A DNA stretch of 62,724 nucleotides, filler included, from Choristocarpus tenellus KU-1152 (GCA_964200185.2; 12 parts of 12 records of this genome joined end to end with filler, not necessarily neighbours in it); one strand, 5' to 3'; positions 23,910 through 37,664 are shown, numbered from the whole stretch's first letter. Notes: generated by a model from the sequence alone, not told the origin. A program made the numbers and translations.

Positions 23910-24605
23910 CGCCTTTCATGCAAATGCAGCGCATCGGGAGGGATTTGAAAAGGGAAAGGAGAGAGTAAATTTCTAGAGGTTGGGAAAGATAGTACAATAA
24001 ACATAGCAAAAACAATGGTCAGGTTGAATACTCTTTACTCTTAGTTCAAATCTGAAATTCCCGCTCACCAGGTAGTGGAGGGATTGGCAGATCATAAAGA
24101 CAAAATAGGGTACACTGCCAAGACACACAATATTTATTTACTGCAGATGGTATATATTTAACACTCTATATCGACATCACTTTGTTTTACTTCACAGTCT
24201 ATACACAGTATATATATGTATGGACCCTGCCAAGTATACCGCACTTCAACATCCTAAATCTTGCCAGTCCCCTTCTCTCCCCCCCACACCTCCCCAATAC
24301 GTACGAACCACTTGCTAGCCACCACCAGTATCACACAACTGTAACACAGACACAAACAACAACAAACAACAGCAAGAGGAGTCTAGTTCACACTCACAGG
24401 CCCAACTCAACAATGGATTTACGTCTCCATATCCCAAGCTTAACCACAACAGGTTGCTCCCATGAAAGAGGTTGCCCCAATTATCAACATCTATCCTACA
24501 GGAGACAGAACAATCTCCCTCTTCCAATGCAAACAACAAGTACCAAAAATAGGTATACCCTAGTATCCTAGAGGGGTGGGTGGACTCTGGTCATTTTTCA
24601 CTGCG

Positions 24606-24732
24606 GTGCTTATAAAAAAAGAATATGTGCTTATAAAAAAAGAATATGTGCTTATAAAAAAAGAATATGTGCTTATAAAAAAAGAATATGTGCTTATAAA
24701 AAAAGAATATGTGCTTATAAAAAAAGAATATG
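24606..24732. repeat. 21-bp perfect minisatellite (GTGCTTATAAAAAAAGAATAT) x6, runs into gap
   Basis: Six identical units read directly from the sequence. Confidence 0.95.
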
Positions 24733-25728
24733 NNNNNNNNNNNNNNNNNNNNNNNNNNNNNNNNNNNNNNNNNNNNTTAATTAATTAANNNNNNNNNNNN
24801 NNNNNNNNNNNNNNNNNNNNNNNNNNNNNNNNAAAATGAGATAAAGAAAAAAAAGGGAAACGAGCAATTAAAAAAGAAGAGAGAAAACACCCAAATCAAC
24901 CAAATTCGTTTTTTTTTTTTATATATATTGAAAAAGAGGGAAAATTTTGAGTAAGAAATAATCCTCATTTTCTAGAACCTCTCCACCAAGACATTCCAAG
25001 AAGTGATCTAAGAAAAGAGCAGTAACATTACGGGGAAACTTTCCAACAAATCCATGAAACCTCCAGTTTCTATCAACATGAGGTGAGAGGTCAAACGGAT
25101 GGTTCGACAGAGTACTAACATGTACAGGGGTGTGTGTGTGTGTGTGTGTGTGTGTGCATGTGCGTGTGCGTGTCACCGACAATATGAGGTACACCCAAAA
25201 TAAGGTATAAAACAGCACTTTTTCTTTTTCGATTGTGCTGTGCTGTACCGGTGACCAAAATTATTCTTAAAAAAAATTACAACTTGATATGTGTAGTAGT
25301 GTACATACAGGTCACAGAGTGAGTCGTAACAGCAATAGTAATAGTAATAGTAATAGAAATAGTATTTATTGTTCTAAACAAACTTGGGTACAAAACAGAA
25401 GACAAATCAACATACAGGGGTGTTGTGCTCCTTCTGATCATCAACATCAATCAAACTTTCACTGATGAGAACAAGTACCGCATTAGGGAGTCGAGTCCTA
25501 CTCGGCCTAGTAGTACTAGTACTAGTACTACTAGTGTAATGTTCAAGAGAGGAGGTCCTATCGCACATCAAAACCCCTTCTAAAGGCAATAAACAAAAAA
25601 ATAAACCTTCCAACCCTTGTGATACACCCCAGTGCCACGATCTCACACATAAATGGAAAGGAGCCTCACATCAGGCAGGGAAAGTGGAAAACGGTCCGAT
25701 CCGCAAGCTGGACCGGTTCCTACTTGTC

Positions 25729-26350
25729 CCGACAGGTTCCAGTCCAGGGATGTCAGTGATTTCTACAGTCAGGTTCATCATTCGGTCCGGTACAAAACAC
25801 TTCTGACAGGTCCGGTCCAGGGATGTCAGGTACTTCTATAGTCAGGTCCATCATTCGGTCCGATACAAAACACTTCTGACAGGTCCGGTCCAGGGATGTC
25901 AGGTACTTCTACAGTCAGGTCCATCATTCGGTCCGGTACAAAACACTTCTGACAGGTCCGGTCCAGGGATGTCAGGTACTTCTACAGTCAGGTCCATCAT
26001 TCGGTTCGACATAAAACACTTCTGACAGGTCCGGTCCAGGGATGTCAGGTACTTCTACAGTCAGGTCCATCATTCGGTCCGGTATAAAACACTTCTGACA
26101 GGTCCGGTCCAGGGATGTCAGGTACTTCTACAGTCAGGTCCATCATTCGGTCCGGTACAAAACACTTCTGACAGGTCCAGTCCAGGGATGCCAGCTACTT
26201 CTACGGAAAGGTCCACCATTCGGTCCAGTTCAAAATACATCAGACAGGTCCGGTCTAAGGGACATCAGATGTTTCTACGGTCGGAAACATGAGTCGGTCC
26301 GGTACTAAATAGTTCTAACAGGTTCAGTCCAGGTCCCTCAGGTACTTCCA
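25729..26350. repeat. 73-bp tandem array, about 8.5 units
   Basis: TCTGACAGGTCC recurs at 25802, 25875, 25948, 26021, 26094 and 26167 (period 73). Outer units are degenerate. Confidence 0.95.
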
Positions 26351-26651
26351 AGTCACTGCGGTAGCTTGTATTCCTATTACTACAAGTCGTGAGTGATGGC
26401 CCTACCGTTTCAACAATGGCAAGATAGACGCTGATCTTTCTAGTGTTAGGGCTACCGAATGATTTACAGCGATGGCTTGTTCAAGACCAGGCACAGATTC
26501 AGAACCTGTCATGCCTACCGAGCAACACATCTTTATTCCAATCAGCTTGATGTTGGACAATATCTTCGCTGTCAAATCTCTCTCTGTAACCAAACTCACT
26601 ATCTCGGATTGAACCATTACTGAGTTAACTTGGCCCCCTCAGAACCCTGAA

Positions 26652-26685
<34 letters not shown>

Positions 26686-27420
26686 GTATGAGGGTACAAA
26701 CAAAAGAGGTTTTCCACACTGAAGAAAAAGTTATGCCATAACTTTTGAAATGCATTCATGATGAAATTTTGATGACCTGGTACTCAATTTTTTTTCTCAA
26801 GGCAGGCATTAGTCATTCATGAAATTCCTAAGGTCCATTGATGGTAACAGCGCACTCTACGAGGTTTGTACTTCTACTGGACCGGCCCTGTGTAGAACCT
26901 TTCTGACAGGTCCGGAACAGGTCCTGCACTGTCAGAACCGACAAAAAAAACTTTGAACACAGGAACAATGTCAATCAAGGTCTGAAACTCTTCTCACATC
27001 AAGGTTCATCACGGTACTGATTTCACATCCCGGTACAGTACCAGGTACTTACAAGAAACCACAGTATGGTAGGGTCAACCATCAGATACATTTACCCTAC
27101 TGTACACTGGGATCTAATGTGGGAAAAAATGTACTTTACGGTATGGTACACCAAATTGATCGGTATGGCATGGTACAGTATGGTACGGTAGCTACACACA
27201 ATCTTGACATTTGGATGGTAAGGTACAGGGAGCACAGTGCTTCCACATTTTTAAACGGTGCCCTTCAATGTTGAACCGAACTCGCCTCAGTGAAACCTTG
27301 ACATCGCATTCTTGGTACGTCATTCTTGTGGAACAGTGACAAGATAGGATGGTACAGGTACACCGCCGGCAGTGCTTGCCTCTGGTTCGCAAAAAAATGA
27401 AGATTCTCAAGAAAAGGAAC

Positions 27421-27493
27421 TTAGCAACGACGGGGCTTGAACCCACGAAACTCACGAAGGAAACAAGTTCCGTTAACCACTGCGCCACAAGGA
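27421..27493 (-). pseudogene. tRNA-derived sequence (pseudo-tRNA / SINE-like head)
   Basis: Minus strand has A box TGGCGCAGTGG and B box GGTTCAAGCC at tRNA spacing, followed by T runs. Acceptor and D stems pair poorly. Confidence 0.6.
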
Positions 27494-28107
27494 AAGATCG
27501 TATCACTATATCCTACGTCGGGATACAAACAGAGTATGTACTCCTTCAGCACAAAATGCGACGTATGTAACAATACATCAGTGCGGGGTACGGTAACAAG
27601 GTCAGACAAACAGTACGGTACAGTTTGTCCCAGATACTCCACAGTGTTACAGACATCACGCGGTGGAGTGGAGTACATTGTTCACCGCCAAATATTTTCA
27701 GACAGAAAATATGGTAAGAGTCTTTCCGAGAAATTTATGCAGAACGGTCAAGATTATACCCTATTAACCTGTTTGTGTTATAACCTGTTTGTCATCCGAT
27801 GCAGCAACGACAATATAAAAATAGTTTTCATCTCATGGAGGTATGGTTCCTTGACAAGAAAGTCATCAGCGGTGATGAGTTGCTGTGCTGTACAAGGAAT
27901 TGACCACCTAATATGTACTTAAATCTCAGCAATGCCTCTTACTTACGAACTCTACACCTCTCCATCCAACAACAGCTCCATGGCTGCACGTTTAGCTACA
28001 GAGCTGTGCATGTTTTGTTTTTTGAGTTGTTGTTGGGAGAGTTAATACAAAATAGAGCTCAATAAGTAAGCCTAACTGTATCTACTGCAAAACACACACA
28101 AACTTAA

Positions 28108-28144
<37 letters not shown>

Positions 28145-31100
28145 ATTGTTTACATATAGAAGTTACATGTTTACATAGGTGCCTCTTCCAAATACTCGGT
28201 TATGCATGGAAAGACGACATTGTTTAAGTAATTACAAAGAAGTTGAGTCCCACTGCTGCACCAAAAACTAGCACCTTATCCTTCTGCTTGCATTGCAGGA
28301 ACATCCCATATGCCAATCAGAGGTATCGGAGTCACCCCTAAGCAGATTCCAAACAAACAAAAAATCAGATCGAAAGGCATCAACGCACCTAGTGCAACAA
28401 AGGCACAAAATTGAGCCCAGGAAAAACACTCTTTTTTTTGCTCTCTTTTTCCAACTCAGTGGATGGAGTCTCTGCCAAAATGGATACGCTGATAGAGTAT
28501 TGACAGCACCAAACGTTATGCAAAAAAAACTGTCTACATATATTGTCCACTCTAGGAGAAGGGGGAAAAAAAACCCGGCAAAAAACAAGCACTTCAAAAA
28601 GAATAATATAAAAAGGTAGAAAAACTAATAACGAAATTGCACAGCAAAAAGAGCTGTGCTAAAAAAAAAGATGATGGATGCATATCGCAACTTCAGAAGA
28701 GTTTGCTGATATGGGAAACTGTCGGAAACTGTCATTGTCCAAAACATATCTCATCTCCCAAAACACACAAACACATTAGCAGAGCACCTCGAAGAACATC
28801 AGCATTGCCCTAGACAAGTTCAGTTGGATAAATAGTGCCATTCTTGCTAAGCGTATCAAATGGACTTGCAAGTGGTGTAGAAGTAAAAACGAAATGGGTA
28901 TGATCTTTGTAGAAGATCCTTCTTACAAAGTAGGCCTTGCACTCCCTCACAGTAACAATATTTTGGGTGGAAGACATGGTTGGAATCATCGAAGTAAAAT
29001 TGCACATACTAGTTAATGCATGTGAAAGCCCTTCACGCTTTTTCAAAACGTTTTATTTTCACAACTCTCTTATATCAAAGGAGGAGGGACTATGAGAGGG
29101 GGAGCAGGCAACGTATGTTTGAAGCTACAAAACCGATCGAAGTCGGTCAACAGACAGCGGTTCGCCAAATGGTTAAATAGCGGGCGAGTTTAAGGGGGGC
29201 GGGGGTGAAGGATGTTAGTATGTATGCCCCGCCAACCAAAAGGGAGATTTACGACGATGGGATCTCGAGGATACATTCGCACGAACTCATCTCCAAGAAT
29301 GTTCAACATGGTAATTTCAGGGATGGCAGACTATCAATTTGGAGGTAAACGAACAGTCAGCTTCGCACACAAGTGTGCTCACAACGGAATGCAGGCATGA
29401 GAAAATTGTGCAAAAATCTCGTCAAATCCTATTTCCCTCGAAGCACAGAGGATGCAAGGTCTACGGGTATAACTACACATTTCATCTCTACCTCATCTCT
29501 CTTGTACTAGCCCTCCGCACACAGTGCCCCTACCACAGACTGCCTCCACAACATTTCTTCAACATACTAAGCCATCAAAGGGACCAATCCAGTGCCCAGA
29601 GCACAATTTCGAGTCGGTGTTACACATCTTTACTGAAGTCAACCCCTTGTGGGACTCGCCTTCAACTTCGCCTTGTTGTCCTTGCCGAAGAGTCCCTTCA
29701 TAACTTTTTTCTCCTTCTTTTCCGTCATATTCCCATCGCCCTTCCTTTGCGTCGCTTCCCCCCCGCTTTCCACGCTTTCCACGCCTTCTTCTCCACTGTC
29801 GGCAATCCCTGCATCATCATTTCCATCATCGGATTTGCTGGGGGGTGGGACAGATCATTAGGGCGAGACTTCAGGGAGCAACCAGAGTAGAAGCAGCCTC
29901 GAGGCCTTTGCCACATACGCTAGGTTCAACCAGGTTGTTTAAAATAGACTTTGTTTAGCATCTTTTCCACTGGCGAACTCACCTTCCCCATAGTGGGTGG
30001 ACGCCTGAAGTACGGGTTGGCCCACAAGTCATTCTCCTCGTCTCCCCTGCAACCACTAGTAACGATGAACTGTGAGGGTTAAAAAGGGAAGGTGAGGAAG
30101 CTGAGCCATCGATTCTTTGGCAGCTGCACCAAGGACAGGAAGGAGGGAAGGAGAACGAGGACACCAGCCAAGAAGAGTCATGCAGATTAGAGGCCAGTAG
30201 AAATGCAATGCCTCCCATAGTAGCCGTCGAAGATTTCCATTGATTCGAGGGAGGCCGCATCCTCCCCCTCCATGCCATCCCCTAGGACAACAAACCACAA
30301 AACCTACTAAAGGAGGCACTCAAGTGCAGACCACGCTATCTTCAACTACTACTGTTCATGAGAAAGATCAGACTATGTGAGGCTACAGTAGTAGTAGTAG
30401 TAGAAGTACAACAGACAACAATAACAATAGTAGTAGTCGTAAGTAGTCAGTAGCAGGATGAGTCGTAGTAATAGTCAAATATGTATCGAGTATCGAACAA
30501 ATGCCACCCGATAGGATATCGTGTAGCTCGCGGTATTCAGATGTGCGACAAACAATGTTGGGGTTTGTTCCTTTATCAATCAGTTATCGATCAGAGATGG
30601 CGAGGACGAATCCTTGAACATTGTAGTGACTACAACGCTCCTCGTATTCTCTCTTCTTTGGCCTGTAAGTACCTCTACACTTGCGCCACTTCCTAAGGGA
30701 AAAGGTCGCATGGGTGTAAGCTTGCAACGATAGCACTCTCAAAACGGTTGTAGATCTATCTGATTTGCGTTGTGTTCAACTTTGTCAACTACAATTCTTT
30801 TATCATCCTTACTTGTGGACTAACCCTTTTCCTTAATGATTCTTCCACAATGGCATTTCCCTCGGCATATATGTACATCTACGCCACTCACAAGCGGTAC
30901 TTGCTGTCTCTACAACAGAGTTTGTGTTGACGTTGATTCAGACTCTCTCGGACTCGATACTCTGGTGGAGAGGCCCATGTCCTTTGTAGCAGTTTTTTTC
31001 CGGTTCAAAGTTCTCCGCGACAGATTATCCCTAATTCGTACAACACCATTGGGGTACTCCTCCCAAACACCTTGCGTTGCATTTACCCTCTCGTTGTGAC

Positions 31101-33767
31101 CAGGGTACTACTGCTGTACAACATTTCGTCCTTGCTAGCCCTGAACGACAGGCAAGATGGTCGCTGTTCTCACCGGCCAACTCACTGTTACAGTGGAGCA
31201 GGGAAGCAACATCAAGGTAGATTCCCATGTCGAGATCCATGCCGCCCTCCCGAAGATGCAAGGAGCAATTAATCTCTTCTCCTTTCCCATTCTCTTGTCG
31301 CTATCGTGGTGTCCCTCGTTTCCTATACCTTAGCTTTATTTTGCGCCCTTCTGCTGCATGTATTTCGTTACCGCATTTTAAACTACTGTGGTATATCGAT
31401 GAATTAATTCATTGTTTCAACGACCAGTCAACTATATATCCTCCTTCTACTCTGTGGTGCTATAACCTCTAACGAGATTTAGAGTTCATTGAATCTCAAC
31501 AGGTTTAAAGTCCTCTCGCAGTAACCGCTAAAGTTTACGCCTAGAAATATTTTCCAACAGTATGGTTCTTGAAGCACAGAAGCCTGGTCATGCTCCTCGA
31601 ACAGAATCATTGTACTTTCCTCGGGTTCTAAGGCAACAGACGATCGAACAAGGGTACATATTTTCGGGAATTATATCCAATGGTCTCTAAACCAACAAAC
31701 TCACCACAGAAGAAAGACAAAAGAGGTCATTTTCGTCTGAAAGTGATGCAATCATATGGGCAAGAGGCATAATCAGTATGCAATGTACATATCACACTTA
31801 CAATTTATCTGGCAACATATCTGGCAACATACAGTTGTGAAAGCTTTCAGGTAATGACATTTCTCAGGTCCTTATTCATTTTGAATAGCATTTCAATATA
31901 CTCTGATATGCACTTTTTTTGTAAGATAACCTGTGGATGCACTTGGAACTACAACAGGGGATAGGGAAACCAAACTACACACACGTATTTAAAAAAAAAA
32001 AGGCTATACCCTCTTTTGTCAACATTACCCTCAAAAAATAAAAATAAAGTACCCTTTGTGCTTCGAAAAGACCAATCATACTTTCCATGTGCTTCTGTTT
32101 TTTTCTTTTGCACTGTTGAGGGGATAGGGTTAGGGAGAATTGCACCATGAAGGCATTTTGTTTTTTTTTCATCTCCATGATCAATAAAACATTTTTTATT
32201 AATATTGTGAGCCTGTTCACAGGTTGAACCACTTTGTTATTTGTAATAAAAAAAAGAATACAACAGTACAAAGTTGCTCATGAAAGTGCGGGTGCTAGTA
32301 CTGCTTATGTGCCTTTTCACCAGGGGAAGTCGTTCTGTCGTTCCTACTGCAGTGAGCTCATTCAAGTCAATAAATAGTAGTGATACATACACACACACAC
32401 ACATATATATATATATCATGACCATGAACATTTATCAACAAAACGCACTCATATCTCTGTGGAATGCACGAAGTTGCCCAGGAGAACAGTTGGCCTTGCT
32501 CTATCGCCCTCCTCTTCTTCTCCACTCCCCAATGTATGTCTCTATCAAGGTATAGAGTATACCTGTATTTGACGGGGTGAGGAGAAGGGGAGGGGGGTGA
32601 ACAATCGGCCATTGTTGCTGAAGAGTTTAGATCCTGCCCGACCTCACCAAATAGCCTACCCTGTCAAGGGGGCATCGGTGAGCCGTTGGGGTAAGTACAG
32701 CTTTTCATGGACACTGTCAGATGGAAGTGGGTGCTGAACAAGGGGATGCAATGTGATGTCCTCTGGATTATCTCACCCTTGAGGATGCTATTTCCAGCAC
32801 TTACATCTACCTTGCTTGTGAAGTCAGGTGGACAGGATCTTTTGTCCAGCGTGCTGCATCCACCTCTTGTGTTTTACTGTGTTTCAGTGGGATCCACAGT
32901 CAGTGGGACCCACAGTCAGTGGACTGACTGATGGAGGGTTTCCTTTCCATTGCCTTGACCACCCCGAAGCAGTCAGTCACCCTGCACTTCAAGCCAGAGA
33001 CTCTTGACCCTCCTGACACGATAAATGCACGTGGTTTGACTATACCTGCGCTGCACAGAGGAAGTCTGCTCCCTCCCCCCCCCCCCCAGGGCGTTCTTTG
33101 CCCCCGGCCCCCCCCCCCCCCCCCCCCCCCCTCGCTCATTCTCCCCCCTCAACTACTATTGATCGGAGTATGTTTTTAACTAAGAGGGGTGTGCGTGTGT
33201 TTTGTCAGGGGCTTCCACCTGTTGTGCATCTATTTCCACATAAACGTACGATATGTATATATATATATTAAAAAAATTGTCTACGTGTGTGTCTATGTGT
33301 CTATGCGTGTGCTGTTAACTCTATCAAACCTGGAAGGCGATGATGTACGATACGCATGGTGTAGTTTACTAACCGCATTAGCATCAATTCCAATTGTGTA
33401 GAACCATCGTATCACTAACCCTAAACCTTGTTGGGTTTTTTTTCAATGTTGTGTTGATGTTACGTTTGTGCAGTAGCCTCCAAGTATTTGTATACGTACG
33501 CATACATGTAACACTCCATCCCTTTCTGTCACACGGCCACAATATACATGTAACACTCCACTATATTGTCTGTGTATAGAACCAACCTCCTGAAGAAAAG
33601 CTCAATAATAATGGTCCAATCCCTTCTCCCCTTTTGGTATTCCTGATCCGTGTTTCTCATCCGGGTACGGTTCCCAGCATATACAGGGCTCCTGCAAGCC
33701 TTTTGTTCTCCTCAAGATCAGTTCCTCTGATAGGACTGAGCAGACAGCTGTCAAGGTGGGTATGCTT

Positions 33768-33811
<44 letters not shown>

Positions 33812-33942
33812 GTTCTGTGTTACACTCTTTTGGGGGGGGTTTNNNNNNNNNNNNNNNNNNNNNNNNNNNNNNNNNNNNNNNNNNNNTTAATTAATTAANN
33901 NNNNNNNNNNNNNNNNNNNNNNNNNNNNNNNNNNNNNNNNNN

Positions 33943-36705
33943 CCTTCTCTAAATGACAATATACTCTTGTTCTGCCTACAGAATGCTGCTCCCAGAACCA
34001 TCCCATAAGGTAAGCCCTCCACTACCCTGAATGTTACATTGCGGACTCTATCCTCTGGGGGAAACAATATTGGCAGTATGCAAGACCCCAATACCTGCAT
34101 AGGTGGAGTCTTGCACCCTTTCGGGTTTGCTGCATGCAGTGTTCCTTTACCTGTTTGGTTAAGGTGTGGTAGGCCTGTGCTACCTCCCCAGAGAGTAGTA
34201 CTGCGCCAAAAAGCAGATGAAATGTAGTTCCTACCTCCTGCACCTGTGTCAAGGAGTATCTGTACAGGCATTCTCGAGCGGACTTTGCGAGGGTGCCATA
34301 TTAGTGCAGATATCCATACTTGCCTCGTTCGTTGGGCAGTTGACATAGTGGATATTGTCGAGGTAGGTGTGGGGGTCATGCTTCCTATGTCTACAGTGTC
34401 TAAGTTCCCTGGAGCTGAAGACTCCAGGGCGTACCCTCAGGGCAACTCGAGTACTTCAGAATCGGTCGGGCTGTTTGCAAATAGTGGCGGGAACTCACGG
34501 TCCTGCATCGCGGCAAGGTAATGCAAATGGGAATCTGTCAAGGCTACCATCGTCGTACGTGACTCATTAGCTGGGGTAGTACTTTGATTGTCTCGGGAAA
34601 GATATGCAAAGTAACCTTTAGGTACTATGGAGTCGTCGTGAGTATACCTACACCTGCGGCCGATAGACTTCAACTAATCCCGACCAAAAGCGTGATGAAA
34701 GCAAACTCGATGTGTCTTGAGCCACTCGACAACCTAATCTTGAGAAGCAGATGGTGAAGGTAAATCCTTACCCGAGTGGTGTCGACCTGTATTGCTCGCT
34801 CTGTCTGTGGTTAGAGACGACGTGGATCGGGGTACAGACTGGGTGGCGGGGGTTGATGGTCGAGTGGGTGTGGATACATTGCTCTTCGAAACGAACGTAG
34901 TCCCATATTTCCCAGGAGCAGAAGCAGGCTGATTTGTCAGCGTGGCACAGGCAGTGGGCAGGGGGTTTTGGGACAAAACAGGTTGGAGCATCGGTGCGAG
35001 GGTCGCCAACACACTGTTGACTACCTCTTGGTGTGGTGGTAGATTCTGACTTGGCACCTCTTGCGACAAGGATGTCTTGCTGTGTTGGGGTAGTTCCAGT
35101 TCCTGTCCTCCGATCGGGGCTTCAACTGGGGCAGACAAAGGGTTGGACATGCTTGCAAACATAGCATGAGCGTTAGCTATGCTACCTAAAGCAGGGGGGG
35201 TCTTATCTTTGTACGTTGCAGATTTTGTAGCACTTTGATTGGTTGGGACAAATGCATACTGGTCGCTACGATTGGATAATTCTTCGATAAGATCGTCAAA
35301 TATCCTTTCGGCCTTAATTCCCCGCTGTACCATTTCATCTTCTAAAGGATTATTCTGGGAAATTGCCAGTGGGCGAATTTGACTCCGAATTTCCTTTCGA
35401 AATGAAAATGCCATTGACTGTACTCCAATCTGATCTGGGACGTTGGGAAGAAGAATAGGAAGAGTTCGTTCACATAGATCAATACGTTAATCTTCAGCTA
35501 AATACCTCCAAAAGAAGGTTGCCTCGCAAACATGAGGCATCCGCGAATCTACGGTGTATGCTCGATAATGTAAGACAAGCCGATTGCTGCAGCTTTCCAA
35601 GATTCCCCTCTTTCAGTCCTTAAAGAACTCATTGCGTTCTTTACGGCATTCTTCGACTGACTATAAGAAAGAGTGCATTCTCTCACCAGAATTCGAACCC
35701 ACTCCGTCGCTGTCATGTCTTCCCTAGGAACTCGAAGTAGTTGTCCGGTGACGCTCGGGACTTCCACTGTAGGTGAATCGCTTAGGAGATCGCTGTGGGT
35801 TCTAAGAGAGCCAGACAGCAGTTGCTCAAGAAGCTCGATGCGGAAAAGGGTGAGGGCATCACTACGTGGGCGTGATGTATTACGATAGTGGACACGGTCT
35901 TTGGGTAAGGCCCATGATCCTCCTTGAACCCTCCCTAAAGCCTTGGTGAGAGCGTCAGCGAAAAAAAACGGGATTGTTTGACATGACTGGGGCGGAGTTA
36001 TCTGCAGGGACTCCAAGAAAGACGGGACTTTTAGCAGGGTCTCCGAGTTTCTTATGAATGTGTTCCATGGTTTTAACACAATCCTGATGATAGCGCATGT
36101 CGAGGTTGCGTTCCTGCCTATCGGATTGTGACTCATGCGACGCAGCTCTTGCACGTAACTCATGATTTTCTCTTCGCAACTCTGCCTCAACATCTCTGGA
36201 CTGACGTACTGTACTCAGGGTATTCTCTCGAGATGGCCTGGGTGATACAGACCTGCGTGAAGAATAATAATCACTGGTCCGACGGTGACGACGCGGTGAG
36301 CGAGTGCGACCTATGCGTTCTTCTCTGGTCCTCTGCCCATCTCGGTGAGAGCGTCTGTCCCGGGATCTCGACCTGGAGCGGGATCTGCCACGAGTGGAAG
36401 ACCGAAAACGAACGTGCTCTCTGCGCCTGCTTCGGCGTTCAGCAGTGTGGGCACGGCTTGACCAGAATTGCCTTGAGTTGTGGTACTGGACTGGAATCTC
36501 TCGGCATCGTCGATTCCTTGGAGGATCTGTACGTCGGAGGCGACCTCAGCTTCGTGCGAGTGCTGTGAGTCAGACATGTCCGTCAACCTGGGGAATAAAG
36601 GGCAAGATGGCGACCAAAAGCGAGTAACAGTATGTGAGTAAGGAATGTAAAACAATCGACTGCCTAGGCAACGTCTCGGCCCTGGTGATCAAAGACCACT
36701 CATTC
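33943..36705 (-). mobile_element. LTR-retrotransposon (Gypsy-type) gag-protease region, decayed
   Basis: Consecutive broken ORFs 36311-36655, 35549-36193, 34734-35414 and 33943-34379. Aspartic protease motif ILLDTGAG ... VVEGLPYGMVLGAAF. Confidence 0.85.
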
Positions 36706-37664
36706 NNNNNNNNNNNNNNNNNNNNNNNNNNNNNNNNNNNNNNNNNNNNTTAATTAATTAANNNNNNNNNNNNNNNNNNNNNNNNNNNNNNNNNNNNNNN
36801 NNNNNCAGCTCCTCTGGGGACCATGCCATCCCTTGTGGGATCCTTACCCCCCGAGGCCCTCTGTACAGCACCCCCTTGCCACCTGCACCAGATGCCCCTC
36901 CATGCCAACCTTGGGCATCAGCTGATGTTGCAGTCACACGAAGGATGTGTGGGCTTGTGATCAACTTGTGGACAGTGTGGGGTCGTGTAGCCGCAAGCGA
37001 CGGCCCTGAAATTTCTGTAGCCGCCACCGGGGTCACCGCTTGGCGTGTGGTGTCTTGGCGTGTGGTGTCTTCGATGGAGGAGGCGGGCAAGGCAGCGCTG
37101 ATTACAGGACTACTTAGGGAAGTGTTGTTGTTGCCAGAGTCGCCCTGGGAATGAAAGAGAGCACGTTGGATTTGGAGTTGCAAATGGGATGGTCTTTATT
37201 GGGTCAATTAGAGTTTTCATGGACTATACAAAAAAAAAATCACTTCATGCTCACCTATTGCTAAAATTAGTCACAAAACATACCATCAAACAATTGGTCT
37301 CAAAATGACCCTACGAAGTCTTCCGATATATACAATACTCAAAGGCCTCTGCAGAATTTCAGTTGGTGATTAAATAGAGTGCCCTCACCCCCCACGTCAC
37401 AACCGCCAATCACTCCAAATGTTCAGAGATTCGATTTTCTGCTGGTATCAAATTGCTTCCACCCAAGCTGCTTACCATAGAGCACTTTATGATTTGAAGT
37501 AAGCATGAGATTTGGGTGTATTGAAACACAAACTGATAGGCCCCACACTGCTTTCTCTAGGCATATCAAAAAGCAAATCATAATCTAGGCTGTGCAAATA
37601 CCCTATCCGGGTGGGTCACACTTTGTTGCTGTGTGGGTGGGTGCATATTACTGCAGCATATTGG

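Noticed and set aside
24576-24788. Repeat protein (VLIKKEY)n
   Set aside because: Translation artefact of a 21-bp minisatellite running into Ns.
25507-25534. Perfect 28-bp palindrome CTAGTAGTACTAGTACTAGTACTACTAG as a binding site
   Set aside because: Explained by abutting TAG/CTA microsatellite-like units, which are common in this window.
25729-26350. CRISPR-like array
   Set aside because: Units are near-identical over all 73 bp with no unique spacers, no cas genes are visible, and the context is eukaryotic.
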